The notes under the pieces are model-generated. The model was given only the letters and a program-made list of their open reading frames with translations, did not search any database and was not told the DNA's origin. Shown here piece by piece: positions 52,976-64,000 of a stretch of DNA of 64,000 bases. The stretch is from assembly GCA_964016885.1 (NCBI GenBank), contig OZ024743.1, forward strand, positions 144,026,001 through 144,090,000, written 5' to 3'. Within the stretch, counting starts at the first letter, position 1, and each line of letters starts with the position of its first letter. A program made the position numbers and the translations under genes. This stretch comes from Eledone cirrhosa (Eukaryota).

Positions 52976-55157
52976 TATTTCCTTTTACCGTGTTTCAAAT
53001 TTCCATACATTTTGTATAAAGCTAAAATTATTAAAAGTTTCTTGTTGACTTATGCTTGCATTATTAAGATCCTTTTTTTCCTTAACCGTGTATATTAAGA
53101 CATCGCCCCTATGCCTCTACTGACACACCACCTCTATTTTATTACTAAAACACCATCATTGTATAATTACTAGTACACCATTTCTTTATAACTAACAGCA
53201 CACCATTACTATATAACTACCAACACACCATTACTATATAACTACCGACACACCACTACCGACACTACCACCACATTGTCACTATACAACTACCTTTATA
53301 TAGTTACTAGTTCATCACTTCTATATATGACGCTAATACATCATTACCTCTATACAACCACAGCAGGACTGCTATCACTACACTTCTCCAGCTGTAACTA
53401 AGCCCACCATAAATCTGCAGCCATCACATTTACACCTCATTAACCACCAACATTAGCAGCAAATATCCTTTATAGCCACTACCTACCTGTACAGACATTA
53501 CTTCCCTGTACACTCCACACTACTACCTTTCATATATGTTCATTAGAATCACATAAGGTGATATAATGCAGTAATAATTAATTCACCTACCAGGTGTAGT
53601 TAAATGGCTTAGGCAGGTTCTGCCTAGTGATACCTGAATTGTTTATTAGGTTTTTATAATATTTAATGTCTTGGAACCCTAGTTTTGTGTGGATAGGGGG
53701 CAGGGCCTTTCCTGTAATCTACATTTCACACTGCAATGCCTATTCAATAATCTTCACATTTTTCTGCTCTTCCCCACACCACTTTGGGTGTGGTTTCAAT
53801 CCTCTTTGTGAAGTAGATTCATTTAATTGCCACCACCACTCCCAACATCAGTCGATTGCTTCAGTTAAATTTATTCTTGTCATGCCTGTCTCCCCACCTC
53901 TGTCTGTATATATATTAAAGGCTCAGTGGTCCTTATCAAGTATAGGATTGAATAAGAGTGAACAGGTAAACATTTGTCTGTTAAAGAGATTAAACCTGGG
54001 TTTTAAAGGGTGATTAACTTTTAGTCTTTCAGACATTATATTTTGTTTACTTGTTTATTTATTTTATTTTATTTTATTTTTTATTTTGATTTATATATTA
54101 TTTCTTTTAAGAAAGGGCTGATATAAGAAATGAATTGCCCCTCCTCTACTTATCGGGCTTCTTGATAAATGAACCTTTTATATGATGGATGGAAGTTATT
54201 TCATAGGAACAGAGGCAGAACTGGTTTCAATACAGCTATGTAATTCTCACTCCGCATCTCTTTTGGTATCAAACCATGTGAGACTGCCCCTGAGTCTATG
54301 ATACATAGATGTTTCTTTGAAATTGTTTATATTTATCTAAGAACTTCCCATCATAATTTTATGTAAGAACTTATAAGTAATGCTCCAAATACCAGATAAA
54401 TAAAGGGAAAGCCTTACAAATTCTTGATTATATTCTAAATTATTTGAAAATCATGGGCAGTGTCTTTTATAAGAAACTAGGTAAGTATCCCATCGCTACT
54501 GGACAATTTTCACTCTAGAATGCCTTTCTTTCAAATTTTTTTTATTCTATGTCAAATCATGTCTCCTCTGTGCCTCATCTCCCTGTTACTTATTCCCCAT
54601 GGCCTGTCCTGTGAATTGTCAACTGTCCGCAAAGTAGTTTCTATGGAAATTTACTAAGTGGAGCTGTATGCTGAAGTGGCATGTTGTGTACTTCATATAA
54701 CATTGGGTAACCTCTGTGAGGAAAATTCTCTACCTCATAGTGAAAACAATACCTCCTGTTGATGGTATGGATGGACAGAATACTGTCATGTTGAAGGAAT
54801 GCATGAGACAATCAATAAAAGCCAGACTGCTTAAATTGTCACAGTAACAGTAATTTATAGTATTATAATTTCTATTTTTCATTTATTCTCTTCAGAATTA
54901 AGAAGCACTATGTGCCCCCAAACCTTCTTTTTGGGATGCAGATTTCGAAAATCAAATCCATATTTCTCTAGGATGCACCGTTTCAGAGCCTTTTGGCAAC
55001 ATACATACACTCTCAAATATATAGATGTAGTGACAAAAAGGTTAAATGAAAAAAAGTTTGTATTTTAAAACATATAGCAAGGATCATACACTCTATCATA
55101 ACACCCCTTCACAATATTGCCAGATAGGGTTAAAAGTAACTGATTGGCCCATGTTAC

Positions 55158-55232
<75 letters not shown>

Positions 55233-55628
55233 TCCAAATCTTGCTAGCAGGTGAAACAGATGTTAAATTATATATATAAAGAGTTGGGAGGACCCTTCAG
55301 TCATATCAAGGACATGACAGCATCCTAGTGTTTGGTGATCTACACAATAAATGTACCCAGTACATGCTGTAAAGTGGTTGATGATAGGAAGGGCATCCAG
55401 CAGTAGAAATCTTGCCACACAAAAGGGTCGGGGAGATTCTCAGAGTTATGTCAAAGACATGACAACCTCTCCTTTCTATTTGGTGGAGTGTCGACCTGGC
55501 CTACCTGGGAGATCAGTGGCTCCACTTCAGTACTGACTTGGTCTGTGTAGACATGTCCAACCCTTGATAGCAGGAAAAGAAGGCATTAAAATGACGATTA
55601 TGATTATATATATATATATATATATAAT

Positions 55629-55995
55629 GGAGGCACATGGCTTAGTGGTTAGAGCATTGGCCTTGCAATCGAAAGGTTGTGAGTTCAATTCTCAGACCAG
55701 GTGATGTGTTGTTTCCTTGAGCAAGACACTTTATTTCACATTGCTCCAGTTTACTCAGCTGTAGAAATGAGATGATAGGGACTGGGGTCCCTATCATTCC
55801 ACTGCAAAGTGGTCGTGGAGGTGCCACGGCAAAAAAGCACCCAGCACTCACTGTAAATGAGGTTGGTGTTAGGAAGGGCATCCAGCTGTAGAAATCAAGC
55901 CAGAATCAGATCCCGTCCCACCCTTGCAAGCAGGGAAAAGTGGACGTAAAATGATGATGATGATGATGAGGATGAGGATGATGATGATGATGATG
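55629..55995 (+). mobile_element. SINE family B (tRNA head, CORE-like segment, RTE-derived 3' tail)
   Basis: A box TGGCTTAGTGG, B box GAGTTCAATTC, CCTTGAGCAAGACACTT segment, internal hairpin ATGATAGGGAC/GTCCCTATCAT; tail matches the RTE 3' end at 37165-37215. Confidence 0.88.
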
Positions 55996-56346
55996 ATATA
56001 TATATATATATATAAAACTCTCCAAGCAAACACTACCAGCACAGTACCTCAACATACCACCCTCCATAACAACCACTACCATCGGATCTCTGGCTCAAAT
56101 GTCAAGATTATTCTCAACTAGAACAATTTTAACTGTGTGCACTCGATCAAGAGCTGACCTGGGAGTAAGCACCAACCAGCGTTACCATCATTATCATCAC
56201 CATAACAACAACAGTAAGAGTAACAGTAGCAGCAACAACTTACCCTTAGAAAACTAGGTGTTCCTCCTGTCTTATTTAAACTTACGAAAATAAATTTTAA
56301 TTAGCAACAAACTGATTTACTGAATTAGTCACTTTCACTGTTTTTA

Positions 56347-56533
56347 CCCTTTTAACATCAAACTGCCTGAAACCAGCCCTAGTTCTATGATACAAGGCTG
56401 TTTGCTTCAGTGTATATATTTATATGAAAATCTTAAAAGTTGTGCTAAAAAAACCAACTTAATAATGATTCTTTTAAAACTGATTTGAAAATTATAGACA
56501 GTGTCTTTCCTTAGAAATGTGACAGCAAAAGGG
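56347..56533. mobile_element. piggyBac-type MITE
   Basis: CCCTTTT..AAAAGGG termini with TTTA/TTAA flanks; body similar to 210-868. Confidence 0.6.
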
Positions 56534-59264
56534 TTAATCAGACAAATCAGATTAGTTAAATATGCTTAGTTAACATCAATTGTGGTACACAAGTTAACCT
56601 GACATACAATTTATCATAATCATCATTTTATGTCCGCCTTCCATGCTGGCAGGAGTTAGATGGGTTGTCACAGTACACAGCTATACAGATCGGAGAGACC
56701 TCATCTTGTTCATGTTCTTTCCATATTCTGCAGGATTTATGTGGCTGAATGCCCTTCTTAACACCAACCTCCTAGAAGATGTGCTCAGCATATTTTATCA
56801 TGACACCAGCACTACCACTTTAACAAGTGTACTGGATACATTTTATTGTGGAACCAGCACTACCACTTTATGCACTAGGTGCATTTTATTGTGGCACCAG
56901 TACTAGACTTTACAGAGCGTATTTGGTGCATTTCATGGTAGCACCAGCACTACCACTTTACCAAGTGTACTAAGTGCATTTTATCATGGCACCAGCACTA
57001 GGGAGGTTGTCATTTGTGCAGCCGGACAGAAAAGTCCTCTCAACCATGTTGTCTGCCTTGCCTTTGATTGGCAACCATATTACAAAGTGTACTGGGTGCT
57101 TTCTATCATGGTAAAAATGTTGTCTCAGTGTGTAAGGGCTCTCTTCAATCCATGTAGTCTCCAATCTCTTGCCATGTTCACTTTTAGTGTCAGTTATATA
57201 CTGTTGATATATACTGGACTTTCTTATTCTATATCACCAATAATATAGTCCTGGTGCCATGATAAATGCACTTAGCCTGTATTGTAAGATGATAATGCTG
57301 GTGCCATGAAAAAAGCACCCAGTCCACTCTGAGTCGTGATGAAATGCTCCCAGTGAATACTGTAAATTGGTTGGCATTAAGAAGGGCATCCAGCCTCAGA
57401 AACCAAGCCAAAACAGAGCATAAGAACAAGATATCGCCATCTGACCAGTGAAGCCTATTTATATCAACCCCTTAGTTTTGGGGAAATTTTGGCTGCAATT
57501 TACTAAATTACAAAATATTGATTTCTTTTCTTTTCTTATGCTTTTGTTGTTGAACCTACCATACTCGTATATAAGTGACAAAAATATGTGACAAAAAATT
57601 GATTATAATGAGGAGTCAGCTTATATTCAAGGTCAGCATTTTGCCAATTATTACCAACTTCAAATTCTAACTAAATAAGATGCTAGAATATCTGGAGTGA
57701 TTATTTTGCAATGAAACACTGTTTTCTACATTTACTACATCGTCATTGGTGTTATTTATGATTTCCCTTGAAAATATTTCCAATAAATTTTTTATTTGAA
57801 ATTTTAAATACACAAATATTCCATACATATGCATGCACACACATACACATATGCACATGTGCACACACACAAATATGCATGCACACACACACATACATGC
57901 TTTTCTCTGACTTAATTCCTTTTCTTTCAAGATTGAAATCTGACTTGTTATTTATTGTTCTCACTCTCTCTCTTTCTCGCTCTTGTCCTCTCTTTTTTTT
58001 TTTACTCAGCTTTTCTTCTCTCTTGCTTCCTATCTCCATCTTTCTTCTACTCTAGGAATCCCTATACAAAGCTCTCTTATCCGATCTCTTGCTTTCAAAA
58101 TATCCCTAGTAAATTTTATAAAATGGATGAAATGGTAAAAAAAGCATTGTGTAATGGGGTTGTTAAACAAAAACCATACTCTAAATGGCACTAACATTTT
58201 AAATGTCAAAATATTAAAACTTCATAAATATATTTTATACTCATGAGAATTTAAAAACCACACCATCTAAACATAATCTTGGCTTATAAATGGGATTTGG
58301 ATTTTTGCCCATTTCAAAAACATAAAATAGAGTGGAGGGTGGTTTATATTAGGATCAGCATATATTTGAGTATATATGGTAATTGTTGTGTATCACAAAC
58401 TATAAATCTCAAGAGACATTATAACCATTTACATAAGTGGCATTATAAATTTCTTCCACAGCTTGTTGGTTTCTTTTTTTTTTCTTCCTCTGGTCTGTCT
58501 CATTTTTCATGAATAATTAATGTCACTGAAAGACTTTCTATTAAATCAAACTGTAATTCAATGACTTCTTTCAAACATCCATAAATGAATAAGTAATACC
58601 TAAAAAAAAATATGTAAACCATGGTACCCCCAAAAGCATGCATTGAAAAATAAAAATAACTACAAACATAAAAAGATCATTAAAATATTATTTGGGTGGA
58701 GTGTCTAGTTGGGGAATTAAAGTAGCTTTTTAGATGGGATATTTTTTATTTAAAAATTAATTTAATTCTCCCTATTTCTTCCACTCTCTCCTTCCCTCTC
58801 TTACTCCCCCCCCCCCACTCTCCCATGCTCTCACCCCTCTCTCTCTCTATATATATATATATTTGATTGTCTTAGCATAGCGGTTCAGTGTGGTTGTCCG
58901 GTATACAGCAGGTGCATGATTTCATTCATGCAGATGGTACTGTCACATTTTTGCTATCATCTTTAGCTCATATGAATGTAGTATGTAGGTTTCTCATAAA
59001 ATATTATCCATTATATATACATACACATACATGCATGCATGCATATACAAATCATCATCATCAGCATTTTTATGTCAATTTTTCAATGCTGGCATAGGTT
59101 GGATGGGAGTTTTGAAGGCAATGTTTTACTGTCAGATGTCCTTCCAGACACCAACGTTTTAGTTGCTTGCGTGGTGTACCTATTCTAAACTGTATACACA
59201 TTGTTAATATATACATATTGTATTCATTACATGTAAGTCCTGTATATACAATTAGCAATGGAAG

Positions 59265-59430
59265 TTGCTCCTGAAATCATAGTAACTAAAATTAGAAAAG
59301 GATAGAAAAGTTGACAACAAAAGGTGTATGATACCTGCATGTGAAGTGCAATGTTGTATGGGAGTGAAACAGGAGCAGTAAATGCGGAGGGTATGTGAAG
59401 GTCGGAGAGAAATGAAGTGAGTATTTCCAC
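59265..59430 (+). mobile_element. RTE C-terminal fragment
   Basis: YDTCM*SAMLYGSET..ERNEVS, homologous to the other RTE copies in the window. Confidence 0.65.
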
Positions 59431-59434
59431 AAGG

Positions 59435-59875
59435 CTAAATTTTGTGTATAATTCTATCTAAAATTCTTTTACCTAAATCACACTTAGTGGGGTTAATGAA
59501 CTGAATAGCTGGATTGTTATTAAAGTTCAGTTTATGATCCTTCAGAGAAAAATGAAGAGTAACAGTCTGATCCTGGATATTAAGTTCTGAAATGATTTTT
59601 AGACCAGTGTTATTGATGTCATTAATTACAGTCCGATCAGTTTTCTGATTATCTTTGGTAACAGCATTAAGTAACAATTGGTGATATGTACTCTTCTTGA
59701 CTTTGTATAGATTACTGGTTTTATCGGAGTGAACATGCACTGCATTAGAATTCTTTGTCGGATTCTTTTCTTCAAATCCTATCAGAAGGGTTTGCTTCTT
59801 TTTCGAAATTTGATACTCCGTATGAGTTCAAGTACATCCTTTTCGAACTGTAATAAGTCCTCATCGACAACTTTA
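59435..59875 (-). pseudogene. Penelope-like element (Naiad-type) RT N-terminal fragment
   Basis: LLQFEKDVLELIRSIKFRK, SDKTSNLY, LKDHKLNF and FINPTKCDLG..ILDRI match the DKT / LKDHKxNF / RLINP motifs of Naiad PLEs. Confidence 0.75.
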
Positions 59876-61040
59876 TTGATAGATTTATAGGTCTGGCTAC
59901 CCCCAGGGAGAGATTTTTTTATTGATGAGAGATTGTGAGAAATTTTTTATTGATAGCATTCACTGTGATGTGTTTGGGGGCCAAGATTGCTCTTTCACAC
60001 AGCCACTACTCATTGGAATGGTGGATTTCGAAATTGGGGAACACTTGATTAAGTTTACAATGCTTTCCACAACAGTAGAAAATGATGAAGGATCAAAACA
60101 TACTTCAATATCAAGAGATTGCTTTTTAATAAATTTAAACAGCTGAGAGGTATTATATGTAACTGTGAGGGCCCCCTCCATCCCTACCTTTGTTATTGCC
60201 ACTGAAGAAATCTCCGAGTTTTAGAAAAACTGAGTCCCCTCCTCCCAATTTCGTTTTCGGAAAAGAGGCAATTGAAAGCATGTCAGGGGTCAGATTAGTT
60301 GAAAACATGAAAAAAAACCTAGGAAAAAAAGATTCCTCACTGATCTTGAGCCAGTGCATATCTGTAACTCAGAGGGTCTCCCTCACTCCCCACCTCTGTT
60401 TTTGGAAAAAGAAGTCATTGGTGAGTCAATCAGATGTTAGATCAGTTGAAAATAAATGAAAAAAAACCTAGAAAAGAAAAAAATTCCCACAGAAAAAAAT
60501 CTCCAAGGCTGGGAAAATCCAAGGGCCATGTTGGAAGTTGGACACTTCATTGGACATATTCCATTTTTGTTGTGCAAACATGGCAGCATTGGAATCATTG
60601 TTGATGGATTTGCACACATACTTTATAGGTCCCCTTGTCTCCCATTCTGTTTTCTGAAAAAAGGTGATTACGAGTATGTTGAAGGTCACATTAATTGAAA
60701 ACATGAAATACTTTAATTATTATCAATTTTATTTAGTGCTATTAGCAGTGAACGTGTAAACAAACATTTTTTTTATAAGTATATAGATATATGTATATAT
60801 ACATATGTATGTATATCATCATCATCATCATCGATTAACGTCTATCTTCCACGCTAGCATGGGTTTAGATGGGAATTATCCTACTTGAGGCAAGATTGGT
60901 CGGGTGACCATGTCTTGCTTGTATAGGACTGTCTAGCAGGTTTTCTATGGCTGGATGCCCTTCCTAACACCAACCACGTTTATATATGTACAGATGTATA
61001 TGTGTATGTAGATATGTATGTATATGTGTCACCAGTATAT

Positions 61041-61500
61041 GTCATGTCACCAGTTGGTGCTACTGGTAACATGTATCCCAGTACAACCTGTCTCATGGTC
61101 GGGTCGTTGGCGACTAAACTGGCAACCCCACCAAGGTTTCTTGGTGAGGAGGGTGACTTTGGACATCCTGCAGGACTAAAAACAAAACCTGTCAAAGGGC
61201 AAAGGAGCTCTTAAGAGTCAATGGCCATCCAAAATCACCGGGAGAGATGACCCCTTAGCGTTTGTCAAGGCAGAATTCTAGGAGAAGGAAAACTCTGATA
61301 TAACACCTGCAGCCCTGATGGTATCCAATGATGTTGACTTGTTCTTCTTTTTGGTAAATATCATCTTGGTTAAGAGAGTGGGACTGGTTTTTGTGCAGTG
61401 CCTTTGCTCACTATAAAAGCTTCATGGCACAGGTATTGCTTTGTATCTGGAGATCTCTCTGCACTTGTCACATGGTACCATGGGCCCAGCACTATGTGTC
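61041..61500 (+). mobile_element. Probable RTE 5' UTR fragment with a candidate HDV-like ribozyme relic at its 5' edge
   Basis: GC-richer insert containing GGAGAAGGAAAACTCTGA; nested pairings at 61041-61122. Confidence 0.4.
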
Positions 61501-61787
61501 AATAATTGTCACAAGTGTAGTGTTTGTACCAGAGTTTTCAAGTTGCTGGCTGGACTAAAAAGTCACACTCGTTCAGCGTATCGGTAGGGATTCTCCTACA
61601 TGGATATAAAGTAGTGGCCGTACTCGAAAACGAGTTGGCAGCCACCATATATATGTATGTATGTATGTATATATATATATATGTATGTATGTATATATAT
61701 ATATATATGTATGTATGTATATATGTATGTATGTATGTATATATATATGTAAATGTATATATGTATGTATGTATGTATATATATATA

Positions 61788-61819
<32 letters not shown>

Positions 61820-61820
61820 C

Positions 61821-61855
<35 letters not shown>

Positions 61856-62049
61856 TATATATATATGTAAATGTATGTATGTATGTATATAATATATGTA
61901 AATGTACATATGTATGTATGTGTGTGTATATATGTATATGTACATATGTATGTATATGTTTATATACATATATATATCATCATCATCATCATCGTTTAAC
62001 GTCCATCTTCCATGCTTGCATGGGTATATATATATATATATACACATAA

Positions 62050-62495
62050 ACATTGACCTCCTTAGGTTCAGCATTTCTACAACCTCGTTAGAGCGTCCTT
62101 TTAAGGTGCCTACATTCATGGTACCAACTCTGAAGTTTTGGATTGCGTTTGGTGGGTGGGAACGGTGGGGTGCAGGGAGGGGTGAGGGAGATGGGGTTAT
62201 GTTAGCCATCCGCAGCCGAAATAAAGAGGAGGGGTCCTTGCATTCTCGTCCGGCAGCATGAGGTGAATTTGTCTTTATCTTTGGCATTGTAGTGTCCAGA
62301 CTTTTTTTTTTTTTCAAACTCTCCAGAATTCCGTTGTCCATCCATCATATCGAAAGGCAACCAGGTCAAAACTTAAGAAGGGATAGCATAGGCCACTTAC
62401 TTATGATTGGTCCAAGTAATAAGGGTGGTGAGTGGAGGCGGGTGGGAGGGATATGGGGTAGTTAGCGAGAAGGTTGAAATAAAATCCTAGAATTT
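62050..62495 (-). mobile_element. RTE LINE 5' end (UTR plus APE N-terminus), inverted relative to the adjacent RT part
   Basis: [22 protein letters not shown] is homologous to the start of the 34133 ORF. Confidence 0.75.
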
Positions 62496-62499
62496 TGGG

Positions 62500-64000
62500 C
62501 GATCAAAGATATGAAGACAGGCAAGGTGGCTGGGCCTTCGGAAATAGTTGCTGAAATGCTGAAAGCATCTGGAATGGTGGGACACACTATGGTCACCTGG
62601 ATAGTAAACCAAGTCATACAGAATGGGGTCGTACCGAAAACTGGCGTAGCAACATCATCATTAACTGCTACAAGGGTAAAGGAGATGCCCTAGATAGGGG
62701 AAACTATAGAGGCATTAAATTAATTGACCAGGTCATGAAGGTCACAGAAAAAGTAATAGCGCAACTAATCAGAGAGCGAATTGATATAGATGAAATGCAG
62801 TTCGGGTTTGTGTCAGGTAAAAGTACCACAGACACTCTTTTCATTGTATGACAACTACAGGAGAAGTACCTAGCTAAAAGTAAACTCCTATACTTAGCTT
62901 TTGTTGAGTTGAGAGTCCACCATTATCTGGTGGGCTCTCAGAAAACTAGGTGTTGATGAATGGCTTGTGAGAGCTATACAAGCCATGTATAAAGAAACAG
63001 TCAGCAAGGTTAGAATTAACAACGAATATAGTGAAGAGTTTAGTGTAAAAGTTGGTGTTCATCGGGGCTCCGTCCTTAGCCCCCTCCTATTTATTATTGC
63101 CCTTCAGGCTATAACAGAGGAGTTCAAGACCGGCTGCCCATGGGAACTCTTATACGCAGATGATCTAACGCTCATAGCTGAATCAATGGCTGAACTAGAG
63201 AAGAAATTCTAAACATGGAAGCATGGCCTAGAATCAAAAGGCCTTAAAATTAAGACAGCTAAGACTAAAGTGCTAGTATGTAGGAAGGAAAATAAGCCAC
63301 TGGTCCCCTCTGGAAAATGGCCAAGCTCAGTGTGTAGGAAAGGAGTAGACAGAAACTCCATTTTATGTCCCAAATGCAAAGTATGGGTGCATAAATGATG
63401 TAGTGGGATCACATGTAAGCTAACTATGAATATAGATTTTATATGTGGCCGGTGCTCAGGTGCACTAAGTAGCAGCAAGCGCCCACAGAATACTAGCTCA
63501 TTCCATTGCACAGATGGTTCTATAGAAATAGTGGACACCTTCCGTTACCTGGGTGACAAAATCAGCAGTGGTGGAGGGTGCTCTGAAAGTACAGTAGCTA
63601 GAGTCAGAACGGGATGGAAAAAGTTCAGAGAGCTTATACCACTATTGGCCGCTAAAGGTTTCTCTCTAAAAATGAAAGGCAGGCTGTACGATGCTTGCGT
63701 ACGAACACCAATGTTACATGGCAGTGTGACCTGGGCATTGTGTGCAGAGGATCTACGCAGACTGGAGAGAAACGAAGCTTGCATACTCCGTTGGATGTGT
63801 AATAGTAATATATGTGAACGGCAAAGCATAAATGAACTAAGTGACAAATTAGGAATAAGAGGTATCAGATGCTGTTTAATCGAGAGAAGACTACGTTGGT
63901 ATGGTCACGTGATGCGCATTAAAGATGACAACTGTATAAAAAAGTGCAGGGCGATCAAAATAGACGGTAGCCACGGAGTAGGCAGACCCAGAAAAACCTG
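62500..64000 (+). mobile_element. RTE LINE RT and C-terminal region, inactivated, runs off the window
   Basis: [52 protein letters not shown]; stops and frameshifts. Confidence 0.93.

Noticed and set aside
54481-54486. Consensus splice donor GTAAGT
   Set aside because: The upstream sequence is a decayed MITE with no acceptor or open exon.
55629-55700. tRNA gene
   Set aside because: A and B boxes are present but there is no proper acceptor stem; it is the head of multicopy SINE B.
60202-60236. CTGAAGA..GAAA motif and the ORFs at 59922-60704
   Set aside because: No valid stems; ORFs are short, overlap on both strands and have no recognisable motifs.

Overview
This is AT-rich eukaryotic (animal) genomic DNA, almost all non-genic and dominated by repeats. 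The repeat content suggests a coleoid cephalopod such as Octopus (inference): long (TA)n/(CA)n tracts, RTE LINEs with (TGA)n tails, and two tRNA-derived SINE families. Recognisable elements are several RTE LINE copies (one near full length), a decayed hAT Buster/Charlie transposon, a Merlin (IS1595/IS1016-like) transposase remnant, piggyBac-, mariner- and Tc2-type MITEs, Helentron-like non-autonomous pieces and Penelope-like (Naiad-type) RT/GIY-YIG remnants. No complete host gene is visible; two short candidate exons are reported at low confidence. The main finding is a dense set of short non-coding elements carrying minimal type I hammerhead ribozymes (HHR), all inserted in microsatellites. 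It includes a 450-nt tandem retrozyme-like array at 15.1-16.3 kb and about ten fold-back 'inverted arm + arm + tail' elements from unrelated sequence families. These families share palindromic stem IIIs, unusual 10.1-11.1 pairs and an ACTC..GAGTGC tail motif. Most long ORFs in the supplied track are microsatellite artefacts. All structures were derived by eye and no searches were run.
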